A program made the position numbers and the translations under genes. From Sphyrna mokarran (lineage: Eukaryota), in NCBI GenBank assembly GCA_024679065.1, contig JAGIQG010000001.1:92628001-92692000 (forward strand): a stretch of 64,000 nucleotides of DNA, given 5' to 3'. Shown piece after piece: positions 50,769 through 63,900 of this stretch (within the stretch, counting starts at the first letter, position 1; the number at the start of each line of letters is the position of its first letter). The notes under the pieces were generated by a model, which was not told where the DNA came from, ran no database searches, and was given only the letters and a program-made list of their open reading frames with translations.

Positions 50769-52089
50769 GTAAAGCCCTAATATAAAGAGCTATTCTATCT
50801 CTTGGTTTGACAAAAGGGAAGCTGACTGTATATGCCTTTCACTTTGCTACAGTCTGTTTCGATACAGTCTAGAGAAAAAAAATAAGCAGCTATTCTAGGC
50901 AAGTAGTTGGTGCTTTGGGGATTGGAATTAATCTTGTTGCTTATGATAGTCTCCTGCTATGTGACACTGCTGTGTTCAGCCTGCCAAGTACCATAATAAT
51001 CAACACTATTGTCGATCAGTTCACTTACAATCAGAGAGAAACTGATGAAATTACAGAAGGGTTAACAGGAGTACCCATTTCAGAGCTATAACATGGCATC
51101 TCGAACACGGGTCAATTTCAGTACATTCTAATTCATTAGCAAAGTGATTGGCATTCAAGCTTTCATTTACTAATATGCTAATTTGCCACTTGTTTTAGTC
51201 TCCCACGCATGACTAACTGATGGGAAAAAGTCACTTGAAGGCAGGACTTAGTAAGCATGTTTCGATGTTATAATGTCCTTTTTAACCAAACACAGCTTAT
51301 ACTTAACAGATATTACAATTGAGTATGTTTTATCAAGCTTTTTTTTGCACAGCGGCCTCACTGCTGTAGACAGCAGATTAAACATTAAATAATTTCAAAT
51401 TAGTACAACCTGTCCCATTTTGAAACAAAAAACTGTGATAAAATTACATTACATAAAATTACATAATAGCAGCTATGGGCTGTTATTTTCAGAATGTTTA
51501 CTTTTAAGTCCAAGCATAGTTAGGTGCAACTTAAACAATGAGTTATGGTTATATTGTACTATGTTCTTACAAATACAAATAAAATTCATTAAAAATATAA
51601 GATTCCAGTCAGTAATGTGGACCTTCACTCCCTGTCAAGTCAAGGAGTGGATCCAGGGCCAAAAGACCCAGAGAACTAAGTTTTTTAAATATAGTTTTCA
51701 AATCTCGCTGTGCTCCAGGAAGAAGAATGTCTCTTTTAGCAAATATTAGGTCTCCACTGCATTCCTCTCTCTCTCTCTCTCCATCAAGCATAATTACCAT
51801 CGGATTCTACCCTCCTGCTACCAACATAATCAGGAGCTGCCAGGGTTCTGAGACGTAACAGCCTGCTCAATTCTCCAAGCCCACCGCCATCTTGCCCACT
51901 CCAGCAGGCTTCACAAAATAGAGCCCAATGTTTTAATAAGCTAATAATGCCCCTTCTGAGGTGAATATGCTTTCTCCTTATTATTGATTAACTTATTCAC
52001 TCAAATGCCAAGCATCCACTCATACTGGCGCAATGTGCTAGTTACAACGAAGATAATGAATCTCTCAGAAACACAGTACAAGTAAAACA

Positions 52090-52830
52090 CCTCAGCCCAC
52101 AAGCATGATCCTGCCCTTTTCGTTGCAAGCCATTTCAATTTAGCATTTTGCTCTTGTGCCCACATGTCCATCCTTGGCCTGCTACAACAAGTTCATTTGA
52201 TATAGGAGCAGAATTAGGCCATTTGACCAAATGAGTATGCTCCTCCATTTGATAACTGGAACATGACAATGTTCCAGTGAAGCCTAAAGCAAACTGCCAG
52301 AGCAGCATGTCATTTTCCGATTAAACACGTTACAGCAGTTAGGACACAACATTGCATTCAGCAACTTTAGGCAGCAAACCTTCTCCACCATCTTGACTCC
52401 CTTCTTTTATTTCAATTTTTTCGTCCCAATGCGAAATCCCCTTTCCCCATTGGGCCATTTTGTTCTTTAGTTTCACTTTCACTGAGCACTGACCTTCGTT
52501 TCCCCATTAGCACATTCTGATATCTTATCTTCATTATCATCATTAGCACCTTTTATTGCCCTTCACAATGTCACTAACACTTTGTCTTCTTGTGCCTTTG
52601 TTGCAATCTCTCCTAGCTCCCACCAACATTAACACTGCTCCAGCTGCTCCGCACCTTTTTATAGTCCAACATATTTCTCCCTCTCTTTGGCTCTGAAGAG
52701 GAGTCATATGGACTTGAATGTTAATTTTGTTTCTCCCTGTCTTCAATTCTGCCAGACCTATTGAATTTTTCCAGCATTTTCTGTATTTATTTCAAAATTC
52801 CAGCATCCGCAGTATTTTGATTTTATACAT
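52090..52830 (+). mobile_element. Penelope-like element (GIY-YIG C-terminus + pLTR with degenerate hammerhead), with a small CR1-tail insertion at ~52190-52268
   Basis: FVASHFN..HMSILGLLQ..EQHVIFRLNTLQQLGHNIAFSNF; ctgaagaggagtcatatggacttgaatgtt; ctgccagacc..tttttccagcattttctg. Confidence 0.75.
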
Positions 52831-54019
52831 AAGAAAATCATTGCAACTTTCGTGTCACTTGATGCTGTGTCAATGTTTTCAATACTATAGGTAAGATTTT
52901 TCAGATTGCAGGCTTTCCAGCCCTGCCACGTGAGAGTTGGCAGGAAATGATCCCCACTAATACTGGCAGGCCCACAGCCATTTAACACTCCAATGGATCA
53001 TTGATTGTTTGGAGGTGTTTGGGAGGACATTCTGCCTCAAGAGAGTTGTCCACCATCTGACTATTGGTCCCAGGAGTCTGCGGACCAAGTGTCAGAGCCC
53101 ACTGACTTGATTGGTACTAGGTATCACGCCAGTAACAGTTAAGGGGAGAGAGGGGTTTACATCATGGTCGCAAGACAGCTTGGACAGATGCAACATTCAC
53201 TCATTACTGAAGCATTGCAATGAGCCCCACACAATTTTTTTTTAATATTAAAGGGAAATATTAACATTTAATAAATGCAATTACATATCAAAGATATCAA
53301 GACCCTGTAAATTACAGAATCTGCTAAAAGAATGTGAACATCAAATATATGCGACAGAAAATTCCTTATTTTCTGTCAAATGTGTTAATACATTTAAACT
53401 AAAGCTCCATTTCAGGGATCAAGTATACTCCTAGTATAAGAAAACCATTTAAAAATGGGCATGCAAAATAAAAGAGCATTAAAAAAATCAGAAGTCATAG
53501 CAGATCAGAAGCTGTAATTTAATCTAACTCATAGAGATCAGGTGACAGCGTCAAACTACTCTATCTTTCCCAGAGTGATTTTTTTTACATGACTGGTTCT
53601 TTAAGGCTAGATAGCTACCAACTCATTTACTTCTGGGACCAATGTTCAGTAGCAACAGATAAATTTTGGCTCTAACCCTTTCCATCCTCAATGAAATCCT
53701 TTCACCCTTCAAATTGCATTATTATCCCCAAACTTCTTCAAATAATGGGCTTATAATAATAATAATGTTTGTTGTTAGCAAAGATTTGTCTTACTGGAAT
53801 TTTTTAACTGGCATAAGGTGTTGATCGACCACATTTGCAGAAAAACAAAACAAAACCTAAGCAGTTTTCATGTGGTCCAGAATTAGCCCTCAGGTACATA
53901 GATTGAATTAGATTTTCAAAAGTTTGTTTATTGTGATCACAATAAATTGGGAGAGGGGAGCAGGTTGGCTGTAAATTAGGACAAATTAGGGGAGGGGAGT
54001 GTGCAGTGGGACTTGTGTG

Positions 54020-54532
54020 TCCTCGTATGGCGGGACAATGTATGAGGAGAGTTTTAGTAGGTTAGGATTATTTTTGCTGGAATTCAGAAGAATTGTGGGG
54101 TGGGAGGGGCGGGGGAGGAGGAGGGAGGGAGGGAGAGAAGAAGGCTGTCTCATAGACACTTATAAAATTCTAACCGAACTGGACAGAGTAGATGCAAAGA
54201 GGATGTTCCCGATGATGGGTAAGTGCAGAACCAGGGGTTACAGTCTGAGGATTCAGTATAGACCATTTAGGACATAAGTGAGGAGACATTTCTTCACCTA
54301 AAGAATGGTGAGCCTGTGGAATTCATTAACACAGGAAGTAGCTGATGCCAAAACATTGAATGTATTCAGGAGGCAGATAGAATATAACACTTAGGGTGAA
54401 TGGGATCAAAGGTTGTGGGAAAAAAGCAGGATTACACTACTGAGTTGAATGATCTGCCACGATGGTAATGAATGGTGGAGGAGGCTTGAAGGGCCAAATG
54501 GCCTTCTCCTGCTCCTATTTTCTATGTTTCTA
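54020..54532 (+). mobile_element. CR1 LINE 3' fragment
   Basis: YEESFSRLGLFLLEFRR..LIDTYKILTELDRVDAKRMFP..RTRGYSLRI; tail gggccaaatggccttctcctgctcctattttctatg. Confidence 0.85.
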
Positions 54533-57499
54533 CATTCATTTGCTTAAAATATTATGGCTAAAATTATGTCACACAAATGAAATAGGTCAAAAATGAGCAA
54601 ATAAAGGTGGTGATTGGATTACAATGTGGAGTTCACAACTGAGGTTTACTATGATTAACAAATTGAAAGATAAGTGAGAATGATGGAAATGGAGATGAGA
54701 GAAAGGAGAGGAGAGAGGATCTCAACTAGGAGAAAAAGGCAGAAAGGCATAAACTTGGAAAAAGAATCTGGAGATAAATAAGAATCAGTAAAAGAGTCAC
54801 ATTAACTGTTGTAAACAAAACTTGAGATCAAAATTAACAGTAAGGAAATGAAACAGAAATGAGTTGAAGCCCTGAGTTAATAGAGAAGCAATTCACCAGA
54901 GTTAGCAGTTCATAAGGAAACCAGTTCATGGACAGGCCAGGCCTCAGAAAAGCACACCTGTGAGGGGCAATTTTACAGTGGAATGGATGAGGGTGAAGCT
55001 GCACGTCTCCCCCAAAGCACTCACCAACTGAAGCCTTTAACTGGCCCTATAATGACCGTTTATGGACCATTTCCACCACAGCCTCAAATTTCAGGTTGCC
55101 GAAGGACTTCATGGGGTGGGAGAGCCCAGAAGTGAACTTGCTTAGACCCCAGGCAATAAACGGAGGATGCTTCCATCATCAGCCTCCTTTTAACACTGTC
55201 ATATCCCATACCCCAAAGAGACTGCCAACTGCAGGTGCTTCCTCTCCCCACTCCCCCCCCCTCAACACCCCCCCACCCCCGGTCTCTACTAACACCCTTA
55301 TCCCACTTTACCCACACTTCCAGAGCCCACCTCCCCTCTCTATCCAGCCTCCAAAACTTACCTGGTTCTGGACTCCAGAACTTAGTCTCTATGGATTGTT
55401 CAGATCGAATCCTGTCCTCTGCAGCTTTTGAAGCTGGTGATGCTGGACAACACCCAGCCAGTCAAATTAGCCAAATTCACCAGGGTCAAAAACTCAGTTT
55501 GAGTTTAATCCGACCCAATTTAGGTTGATCCAGCAGTTTTCACGGGCATGTGAGAATCATCCTAGCAACAAGCTATCAAAGTCAATAAATAAAGCTTTCA
55601 TTTTTAGTTTTTAACTAAATTATACACTTTCAATTTAGAATTTTTGCAGAGAAATAATTAACAGTTCTTCATTTGGTACTAAATGCTTTGTTTTCCCAAG
55701 TTTGTACCATGATACATACCAAGGTTCAAATGTACTGCGACCAAGCTGTAATTTCAACTGCATGTTGAAATTACTACAAAATAGTGTTGATGATGACACT
55801 TTCAATGCATTAAACCTGTTGGAACCTTTTACTGTATTTATAATAATCTATCAGCCAACACCATAGTGATTTCAGCATAATTAGATTTGCTGTCATAGCT
55901 GTCCCAAAAAGACACTTCAAATACAAATAAATTAGCTTCAGTCTGAAGTAAGGATGCTCTGAGAATATAACATTATTTGAGAGCTCAGTTCTTATCAGCT
56001 TGCAAAATCACTGATCATTACTTTAACAATTTCTACCTCAAAATATCACAAATGATGTCTGGACAACAGTAAAGCAACAAACAAGAAGTCTCAATTGCTT
56101 TGCCACATTCAGAGCAGAGTTTAGCAATTAAATTCTGACATATAAAGGGTCTTACGAATAGATACTACAAGCTTTGTTACCTCTACATTATAAACTATAG
56201 ATATAATTCATGAAAATACAACTTGAACAATATTGTACGTAGATTTATTTCTCTCTGCTTTATGCATAAGTCAAAGAGGTCAACCAAGAGATGAAGAAGA
56301 TAATAATCAAGAGTACAAACTCAATAATACAAAAGCTTCAAACAATATGAGTCACTCAAATATAAAGAACAGAATATAGTGAAACTATTTGGCATAAGTG
56401 AATTCATTACTTTTTAAGTAACTGCACTCCCTGCAAAAATAATGATGACTTTGGTGAATAAATGCGAACGTCCAACATGCTCATGTCTAGTATAATGGTA
56501 ATGGAGAAGGGTTTTTCTCTCTCTCACATTCCATTATTAAAGATGACTTATTTTTATTATCTACCAGTGCTGTTTTTCAACTGTCCCAGGAAGTAATCTG
56601 AAAAATGAAACATAGCCATCTAGTTTATACTTCCCCAATTATACAAATCTGCATCGTGACATGATCATCATCTTACCATTCATCAAACCAGCACCTGAAG
56701 GATTTTATAAATAGCACTGAAAGTTCACAATTCTGGATAATGGTATTGCAACAGGTTAATTTTTTTTTTCTGTTTTTTCCATATTTTTCAGTACCTCACA
56801 GTAATAAATGTGAACATTCTTAAAATTATTGAGAATCAGAGATCTGTACCCAAACTGTTGCTCCTTTGGCAATACAATGTGCATAATCTGGATTCGGGTA
56901 GAGGACTTGCATGTTAATTTTTTTCTACTGTGGATTAATGTTTTGAAAAATTCTAATCTCTTTGCCATTTACCTCTGTACTATTCTATTTCTTTCATAAT
57001 TTATTTCACGACTTCCATGTACTTGTTCACTATTTTTAATAATTGTTAAACTGTAATGATGACAGAAAAAAATTTAATACCAGTGCACTAAATAAAGAGG
57101 AAACCAACCACACAAGTATAATTGTATAAGATTATGTAACTGGTCAAAGAGTGTTTTTTTTCCTCTGTATTTCCAGCGTATTGGCCTATTGAATACCTGT
57201 TTTGTACAACTTTATAGTACATGTACATTAAAATAATAAATTCAGCTAATATTACTGGATTTGCTACATAAATTCTCTGTTTCCATTGTCCGTTGTGCTG
57301 TTTGCTTAAGTAATAAAATAGGGCACCCAAACTTTCCATTAGCAGTGAGGAAGACATTCTTCACCGAATATCTTTCTTCCTGTCCCATAGTTTGGCTATT
57401 GCCACTTTATCTGTGGCCATTTGCCCATCAGAGGAACCTCCTGCTGTCCAAGTCTTCACTGCCCACATTAGCAAGCTATTTTCTAAATTCCTACTGAAC

Positions 57500-57896
57500 C
57501 TGTCTAAGAAGCTTTGAAGAATGGAGTTTAGAAGAATGAAAGGCAATCTCACTGAAACTTTCAAACTCTGAAGCAGTTTGATAGGATGAATACTGAGAGA
57601 TTGTTTTCATAGGGCGGGGAATCTAAAATATGGGACAAAATCTCAGATTAAGGGGCCAATCATTTAGGACAGAGATCAGGAGAAACATACTTATTCAAAG
57701 GATTGTGAATCTTGGGATTCCCTTCTCCATGAGGATTGAATATATTTAAGGCTGGGACAGACAGAGGATTAAGGGATATTGGGATGGGCAAGAACATTGA
57801 ATTGAAGTCTAATATCAGCCATGATCATACTGAATGGTAGAAGAGGCTCAAAGGGCCTTGTAGTGTATTGCTGCTTCAATTCCTTAAATTCTTATG
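57500..57896 (+). mobile_element. CR1 LINE 3' fragment
   Basis: ggagtttagaagaatgaaaggcaatctcactgaaac..atcagccatgatcatactgaatgg..ttcttatgt. Confidence 0.7.
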
Positions 57897-60800
57897 TCCA
57901 CTTTGAATAACAACCGAGTTGGCACTTCAGTTAAGACTTTCAACACTGTGGCATAGCTCAAACTAGCAATCCCCTACTTCTAATTGTTCACCATTTCACA
58001 TGTAGAGCACAGGATGGGTTTTGAAAGGTCAATCAGAACCACGCCTCCATTACATTCAGTCAGCTTCGCTAGAACAAAACAGAAGCAAAGAAAATTGCTG
58101 TATGTTGTCACAATTTTGTTCAGTCGCTTTACTATGGTGATGGTGGGTTGAAATTTAAAAGTTAAATTTAAGTTCAGAATGGTTCAGAGTCAGCAGCTGA
58201 TGCAGGGGTGGCTCTTAGCAGGTATATTGCTCTTTCCAACATCAGGTTCCTCAATGAGGTACTGAATGCCTTTGAATGATGAATCCTCACTGGCAGCTCA
58301 GAGGCATGTTGAGTCCCCAGTCCACTGCTGTGTGAATAGCAGAATAAGACCCTTAAGTGGACATGAATTGCATACTTAAAACCTCAACTTTTGATGGGAT
58401 AGGAGGGCTATTTATGGGTCTTTCTGCCTTGGACTTCATTTGAGCATTGATCGAAAAACAACTGTGACCCCATCAACCATCTGATTAACTGTCCTTCTGC
58501 TTCCAAACAGCCCACAAGTTTGGGCATTAAATTCTGTCCATGGAATCCAAAATAATTCATATTTAAATTAAACAGAGGGGATAATGTTCCAGACTCCAAC
58601 TAAAGAGACACATCAGGACCAATGTAAAATTGTTTGGAATATTTAAACTTCTGTTGGGCAATTTCTGTGGATATTTCTGAATCTGAACTAGAGTCATTGG
58701 CATCAAGAAGGTCTTCAGTTCTTATCCAGATAGTTAGCCATGAAGTGTTATTTAAAAGCTGGCCTTACACCTGGATTTCTACAGAACCAATTCACTCTCC
58801 AATTGCCAACCCGACCTTCCATCATCCCTCCTGTCCTCCTGACTATCTCCCAACCTGACTACCCCTCCTAACTGATCCAAAAATCCCCTGACCCAACTCA
58901 ACCCCAGTGGCCCGACCACCCAAATGCCCTCCAACTCTTCTATTACAGAGCTCCCCCAAGAGATGCTTGTAAAAGGTCAGGGTTGGAAAACCCTGGAAGA
59001 AATGCATAGCAGTGTCAAGTCAGGGAAAATTTCCAAGTGCAACAACAATCTGTTTGTCATCGTTGTGGTTTGGAAAATTTGAGCCACAATTTTAAAAATT
59101 CTGCATTATTTAAAATTCTCCAACTAATGCAGTTGGACATTATTTTTGTTTTCAATCCCACTTTTCCACACTTACCCTCCTAAGTTCCTTTTTATTGGAT
59201 CATTATATTGCAAGTACCAAAAGTCCAGCCAATGAAGGAGCTTATAAAGCCATTGATGAAAGCTCACCCATTCTGGATAATGGAAACGCTTTAGGAACTT
59301 CAACTACAGATGAAAATATTTTCTTTTTTTTATTTCTTGACATTTTGAAAGACTGTATCAAGGAAGGTTCAACTGAAGTTAATCAAAGGCACTCAATCAA
59401 ATGACTTGTTTATTTTTGATGATATTTCTTTCTGCAGACAACATTGCACATTTGTCACCAATAAAATCAATCGAAAAGTGGACAACATTAAACTATAAAA
59501 TAACGATGAAGGTTTAAGATGTCCTCTCCTAATAATAATGTCAAATGTTAGCACTTAACATACATATTGGGTTTTAAACAATTTGAAATGTGACCATGAT
59601 CCGACTGAGCATTTCACTCTGCTTAAACAGAGAGTCATGCTTCTGAATCTCTGCATTTATACAAGTCTCTTACAATTAAATAATCTTATATGATACATAG
59701 TTTATTCATTAAAAACTGTTTTACTTGAACAATAGGTTATGTTTCAGATTTACGGCTATTCATATTGATATACTGTTAAAAAGATCCGCTCATATTCTTC
59801 ATTACCTGAGCAGATGATTCTAAGGTGACAGCAAAATACCAAGATAACCTAAACATTATAACACAGTAATCACTATCTCTAAATGGTGCCCTAGTGAAAC
59901 TTGACCATTCTCATTCTTTATAATAAAACTGTCTCAAGATAACCAGGTCTGGCAATGCTTCCTTCCATGTTGGATCATAAATATAAAGATCTGGAAAATT
60001 CTCCTAAACAGAGATCAGAAATTCTTTTCTTTCTCAGTCTTTTACACAATTCCTATCCAACGGAATACTAGGATAATAAAGTGTCTGATTATAGCTACTC
60101 TATAGATTATATACCTGTCATTTCTTTGCAATCTTATTCCTCATCCTTCCCACTGGTTGGTGACCGACAGAATACACAGCTTAAGCCAAAGTTACAACTG
60201 CTAATTTATTTACCAAAATGATTAATATCTATTCAGGCAACCATTTTTAGTTGACTGACAGTTGACAAATTGCCACCAACAATTTCAGTTAACTGGGTAG
60301 TTTACGAAACTTGCTGTTTATTTTAATTACTTTTTAAAGTCAGGAAAGATAATGGGCAGTGAGCTGGCACATGGGGGGGGGCACCGTTGAAGTTCCAAGA
60401 GAATGGATGTCAGTAGTAACAGCTTACTAGGGATGTGTGATTGGGTCAGTAGGTGATCATAGGCAGCGGACAGGTCAGGCTCACAACAGGAGACACTCAA
60501 GATTTTCTTGTGAGGTACAAAAGAAAGTACAAATGGGACATTCTGAAAACTTGAAATGCAGGTTCCTCATTTCTTTTACTCTTTACAACAAAATTGTCTC
60601 AAGATATTTAAACAATGGAGAATATAAGCCCTCTTTTAATTTAAATATGAACTATTTTGGATTCCACGGCCTCAAAACTGAATTAATAAATTTTAAAACA
60701 AATATTCTAACTGTTAATAATTGATGCTGGAAGGTTATCGATGAAATGGTCTAGAATGGAGGATAAGTATGTAGGAAATTCATTTCAAATCAAATTCTGC

Positions 60801-62109
60801 AGGTGTTTATGCCATTTTGGAGTAGGTAGATGTTATTCAAAAAGATGTTTCATTCACTGAAATTCCTATTTTTGTAAACGCACAGTAAAATACCACAACG
60901 TTAATTTCTGAACATGCATTAAACAAGCCAACACTCTAGACAATTCAATCCAAAGTTACAGTACCATTTTTTAATATGCACAAAAATAAATTAAATATGT
61001 TAAAATCTCAGACAAGAATGACAGACATATGTAGTGTGCGTATACTTATATTACTTTTAAATTATTCTTTTCATTAGATTCTATGTCTTGGAGCCAAATA
61101 GTTTTCTGACCAATAAGGATACTGCAATGAATGATAATATCTAGATACCATTAAAAAAACTTGTAAAACATTATAGAGGGAAATATAAATCAAGAGTGAC
61201 AGTGGCATATTCAAGCATTAACACCCCATCAGATTAAACTGTGCAAAAACTTGTGGACAGTGCCTAAAGGCTATGAGCATTGCAGTGTGTCTCTTCAGAT
61301 AGTTGGATGTGCAATAATAATTAATAATAGAAGTCCGCACAGGATATTTGATGTTAATAGATATAAGAATAATTAGCCAATGGTAGAGATGACAAGCAGA
61401 TCAAAAACACTTCTGAATGCTACACTTGCATTCTATGCCTCCAGCAGAATCTTGAAACACAGCAAAGTGATGCTACGATCAGAACTTTGTCCAGTGCTTC
61501 AAAGTCAGTTCTCCAAAATTAATTTTAAAATTCTTACAAGCATATTTTCCCAATTATAATTACTGTTATGTGAACACTTTCAGAAATGCATCCACAGAAT
61601 ATTTGACAGAATAACAAAGTACTCAGAGAATCAATGCATATAACAAAAATCTATACTGTACTCTTTATCATGAGCCAGTTTTTCTTTCCATCAAAGCAAT
61701 GAATACCAAAAGAATTATATAGACTTGAGTTTTTTTCTCCACAGATGCTGCCAGACCTGTTTTGTCATGAAATGGCAACCTTGGTAGAATAGATTATCTT
61801 CTACTTTTCAATTACTATGACCAATACACCCTTGGAACACATACCAGCACATGGTGAATGTAATGGTAGGTTTTCCTAAATTATTCTATATCATGACACT
61901 GTTCTTAAGAAAAAGTTATACTCTGCAAAATATCCTCAATTCTGCAATTGGTCAAATAATACATCCTTTTCTCTCCCAGGGCTGAAGTGATTGATGTAAT
62001 TTTATCAGAGTTTTGTGTTGTAGGCCAGCCCCAGTTTCATGTTGGAATTCAACATCACCAATGCATCTCAAAAGCTGAACATCAACTTGGGAGAAGTTGC
62101 CAGATCAGA

Positions 62110-62540
62110 GGTCTAAACAGTCATCAAGACCCTAAAGAACAATCAGGACCTGCAATAGACAATATACCAGCAAACATATTGACACATTACAAGAACACTG
62201 TCACAACAAAGCCCACGAATCTGTTCAACAAGATTTGGACTCCAAATGTTGCCCTGGGTAACTGGAGATGAGGCATAATCATTAAAGAAAGGGAATCTCA
62301 GCAAATATATTTCAAGGCTTTTGACAACATCCTTCAGCAGTCACTCATTTCATATACTGCAAGACAATATGGCATCCCGGAGGAGTGTACTAACACCTTC
62401 AGAGCCTTATGCCTCCAACTGCACCACAGACGCCTTCAACAGTGAAACTGTATATACTCTCCCTATTTCTTTTCCTCTGAGTCATTGATTTCATCATGAG
62501 GAAGGCGATAGTGAGTGCAAAATTTGGCATCCTGTGGTAA
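62110..62540 (+). mobile_element. Decayed RTE LINE RT fragment
   Basis: LFNKIW..WR.GIII, FKAFDN..RQYGIPE motifs. Confidence 0.55.
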
Positions 62541-62544
62541 CACT

Positions 62545-63449
62545 ACCTGTTAGATATAGATCCCTGGGGTAGCCAATTGGACTGTTTCCTCCAGGCCTTG
62601 GTTTCATCTCCTGTGTGCTTCTTGAACCATCTGTTTCGGAGTAATGGTTTGATGGCATCTGCAACTGACAGAAGCAGGACTCGCGAGATTTTGATAAGGA
62701 AACCAGTGTTCCAGACCACGTCATGTGCTGCAGTGAGATTGAGAAAGACAATACCTGTTTTGAAGTAATTTTCAAAACGATTGTTCAATGAAGGTTAGGG
62801 CAAGGACCTGTCACATGTTCTTCACCTTCAAAAGCCAGTTTGTTCAGATTTTCACCAAATTTGGCTCCTGCCACCTTTAGATGAGACATTCAAAGGCACT
62901 GCAGCACACAAAGGGCGGAGTTATTGGCCAAGACATTTGAAGGTAAGTTTGGTTTTGGGAGGCCGATGATTTTAGACATGCGCCAGGATTCAAAAAGTCT
63001 TCCTTCACAGATAATCCTTTTGAGGAATCAACAATGTGCTTTCAACTGCATTATGAAGTTCATCTATGCTGACAATGTCTGCTGTGCCTCTCAGGCTCAG
63101 ATATTTTTAACTTAGAGGAAATGCTAAATGAAGCTGGAAAGCTAGCTAACTAATGTTGGGTTTTCAGCCCAGAGGCAACAAACCAGTCTCAAGTACATGC
63201 CACCTCCACATTGCAAATGCTAAAAAGGAGCTGAACCTCTCTTTGAACTGCAAGAAATTGAATCACAAACAACATCTTGTTTATCATTGTGTAATCCTTG
63301 ACCAAACATTGACATCTGAGTATTACAACAGAAAATGTAAAATAGCTTCCTCAGTAAACTGCTAATTCTTCTTAGACTGCAGATCCTCAAACCTTAAAGA
63401 CCTCAGCTCTTGCCATCATCCCCTCGATGACAGAATACTGTGTACCAGT
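62545..63449. mobile_element. RTEX-like LINE with inverted 5' part (62545-~63025 minus; ~63030-63449 plus)
   Basis: Minus strand: WRMSKIIGLPKP, TGIVFLNLTAAHDVVWNTGFLIKI..LLRNRWF..NWLPQGS. Plus strand: KFIYADN, CHLHIANAKKELNL..VILDQTLT, TSALAI..TEYCVPV. Confidence 0.75.
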
Positions 63450-63900
63450 AAAGAACAAAGAATAAAACAGCACGGGAAACAGGACCTTCGGCCCAACGAT
63501 CCCGCGCCATCACCCCGATGTTCCCACTTCTACCCGTGATCCCTGTCTATGTTTATAGATCTATGGATTAAAAACAAAATTTGAGACAAGTTAAGGAGAA
63601 TTTGTTTTGCCAATTAGCCTAAGAGTACATCTTTGGGGTGTGGGAGGAAACCAGAGCACCCGGAGAAAACCCACGCAAGCACGGGGAGAATGCGCAAACT
63701 CCCACAGACACAGGCCCAAATCCATGTATCTGCACAGCACAGCGATAGTCACTGAGCTGTCATGTTCCGCATCAAATGATCCACGTCAAGTGTACACTAA
63801 CGACGTGAAGCACAGGGATACTCTTGAAAAAAAACCCAAGAGTAGCCCTCTCACGACCCATTGCGTGTATGCCCCTTGTTAGACAACAAGGTGGGCCAAA
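63450..63900 (-). mobile_element. Composite V-domain SINE with atypical structured 5' module, copy B
   Basis: Colinear over its full length with 14057-14514; inserted immediately after EYCVPV of the RTEX element. Confidence 0.85.

Noticed and set aside
63780-63897. HDV-like, twister or hammerhead ribozyme, or known snRNA/7SL/7SK/vault/Y RNA, as the identity of the SINE head
   Set aside because: By eye there is no P1/P1.1/P3 pseudoknot, no CUGANGA-GAAA core and no match to recalled sequences; an Infernal search is needed to exclude these formally
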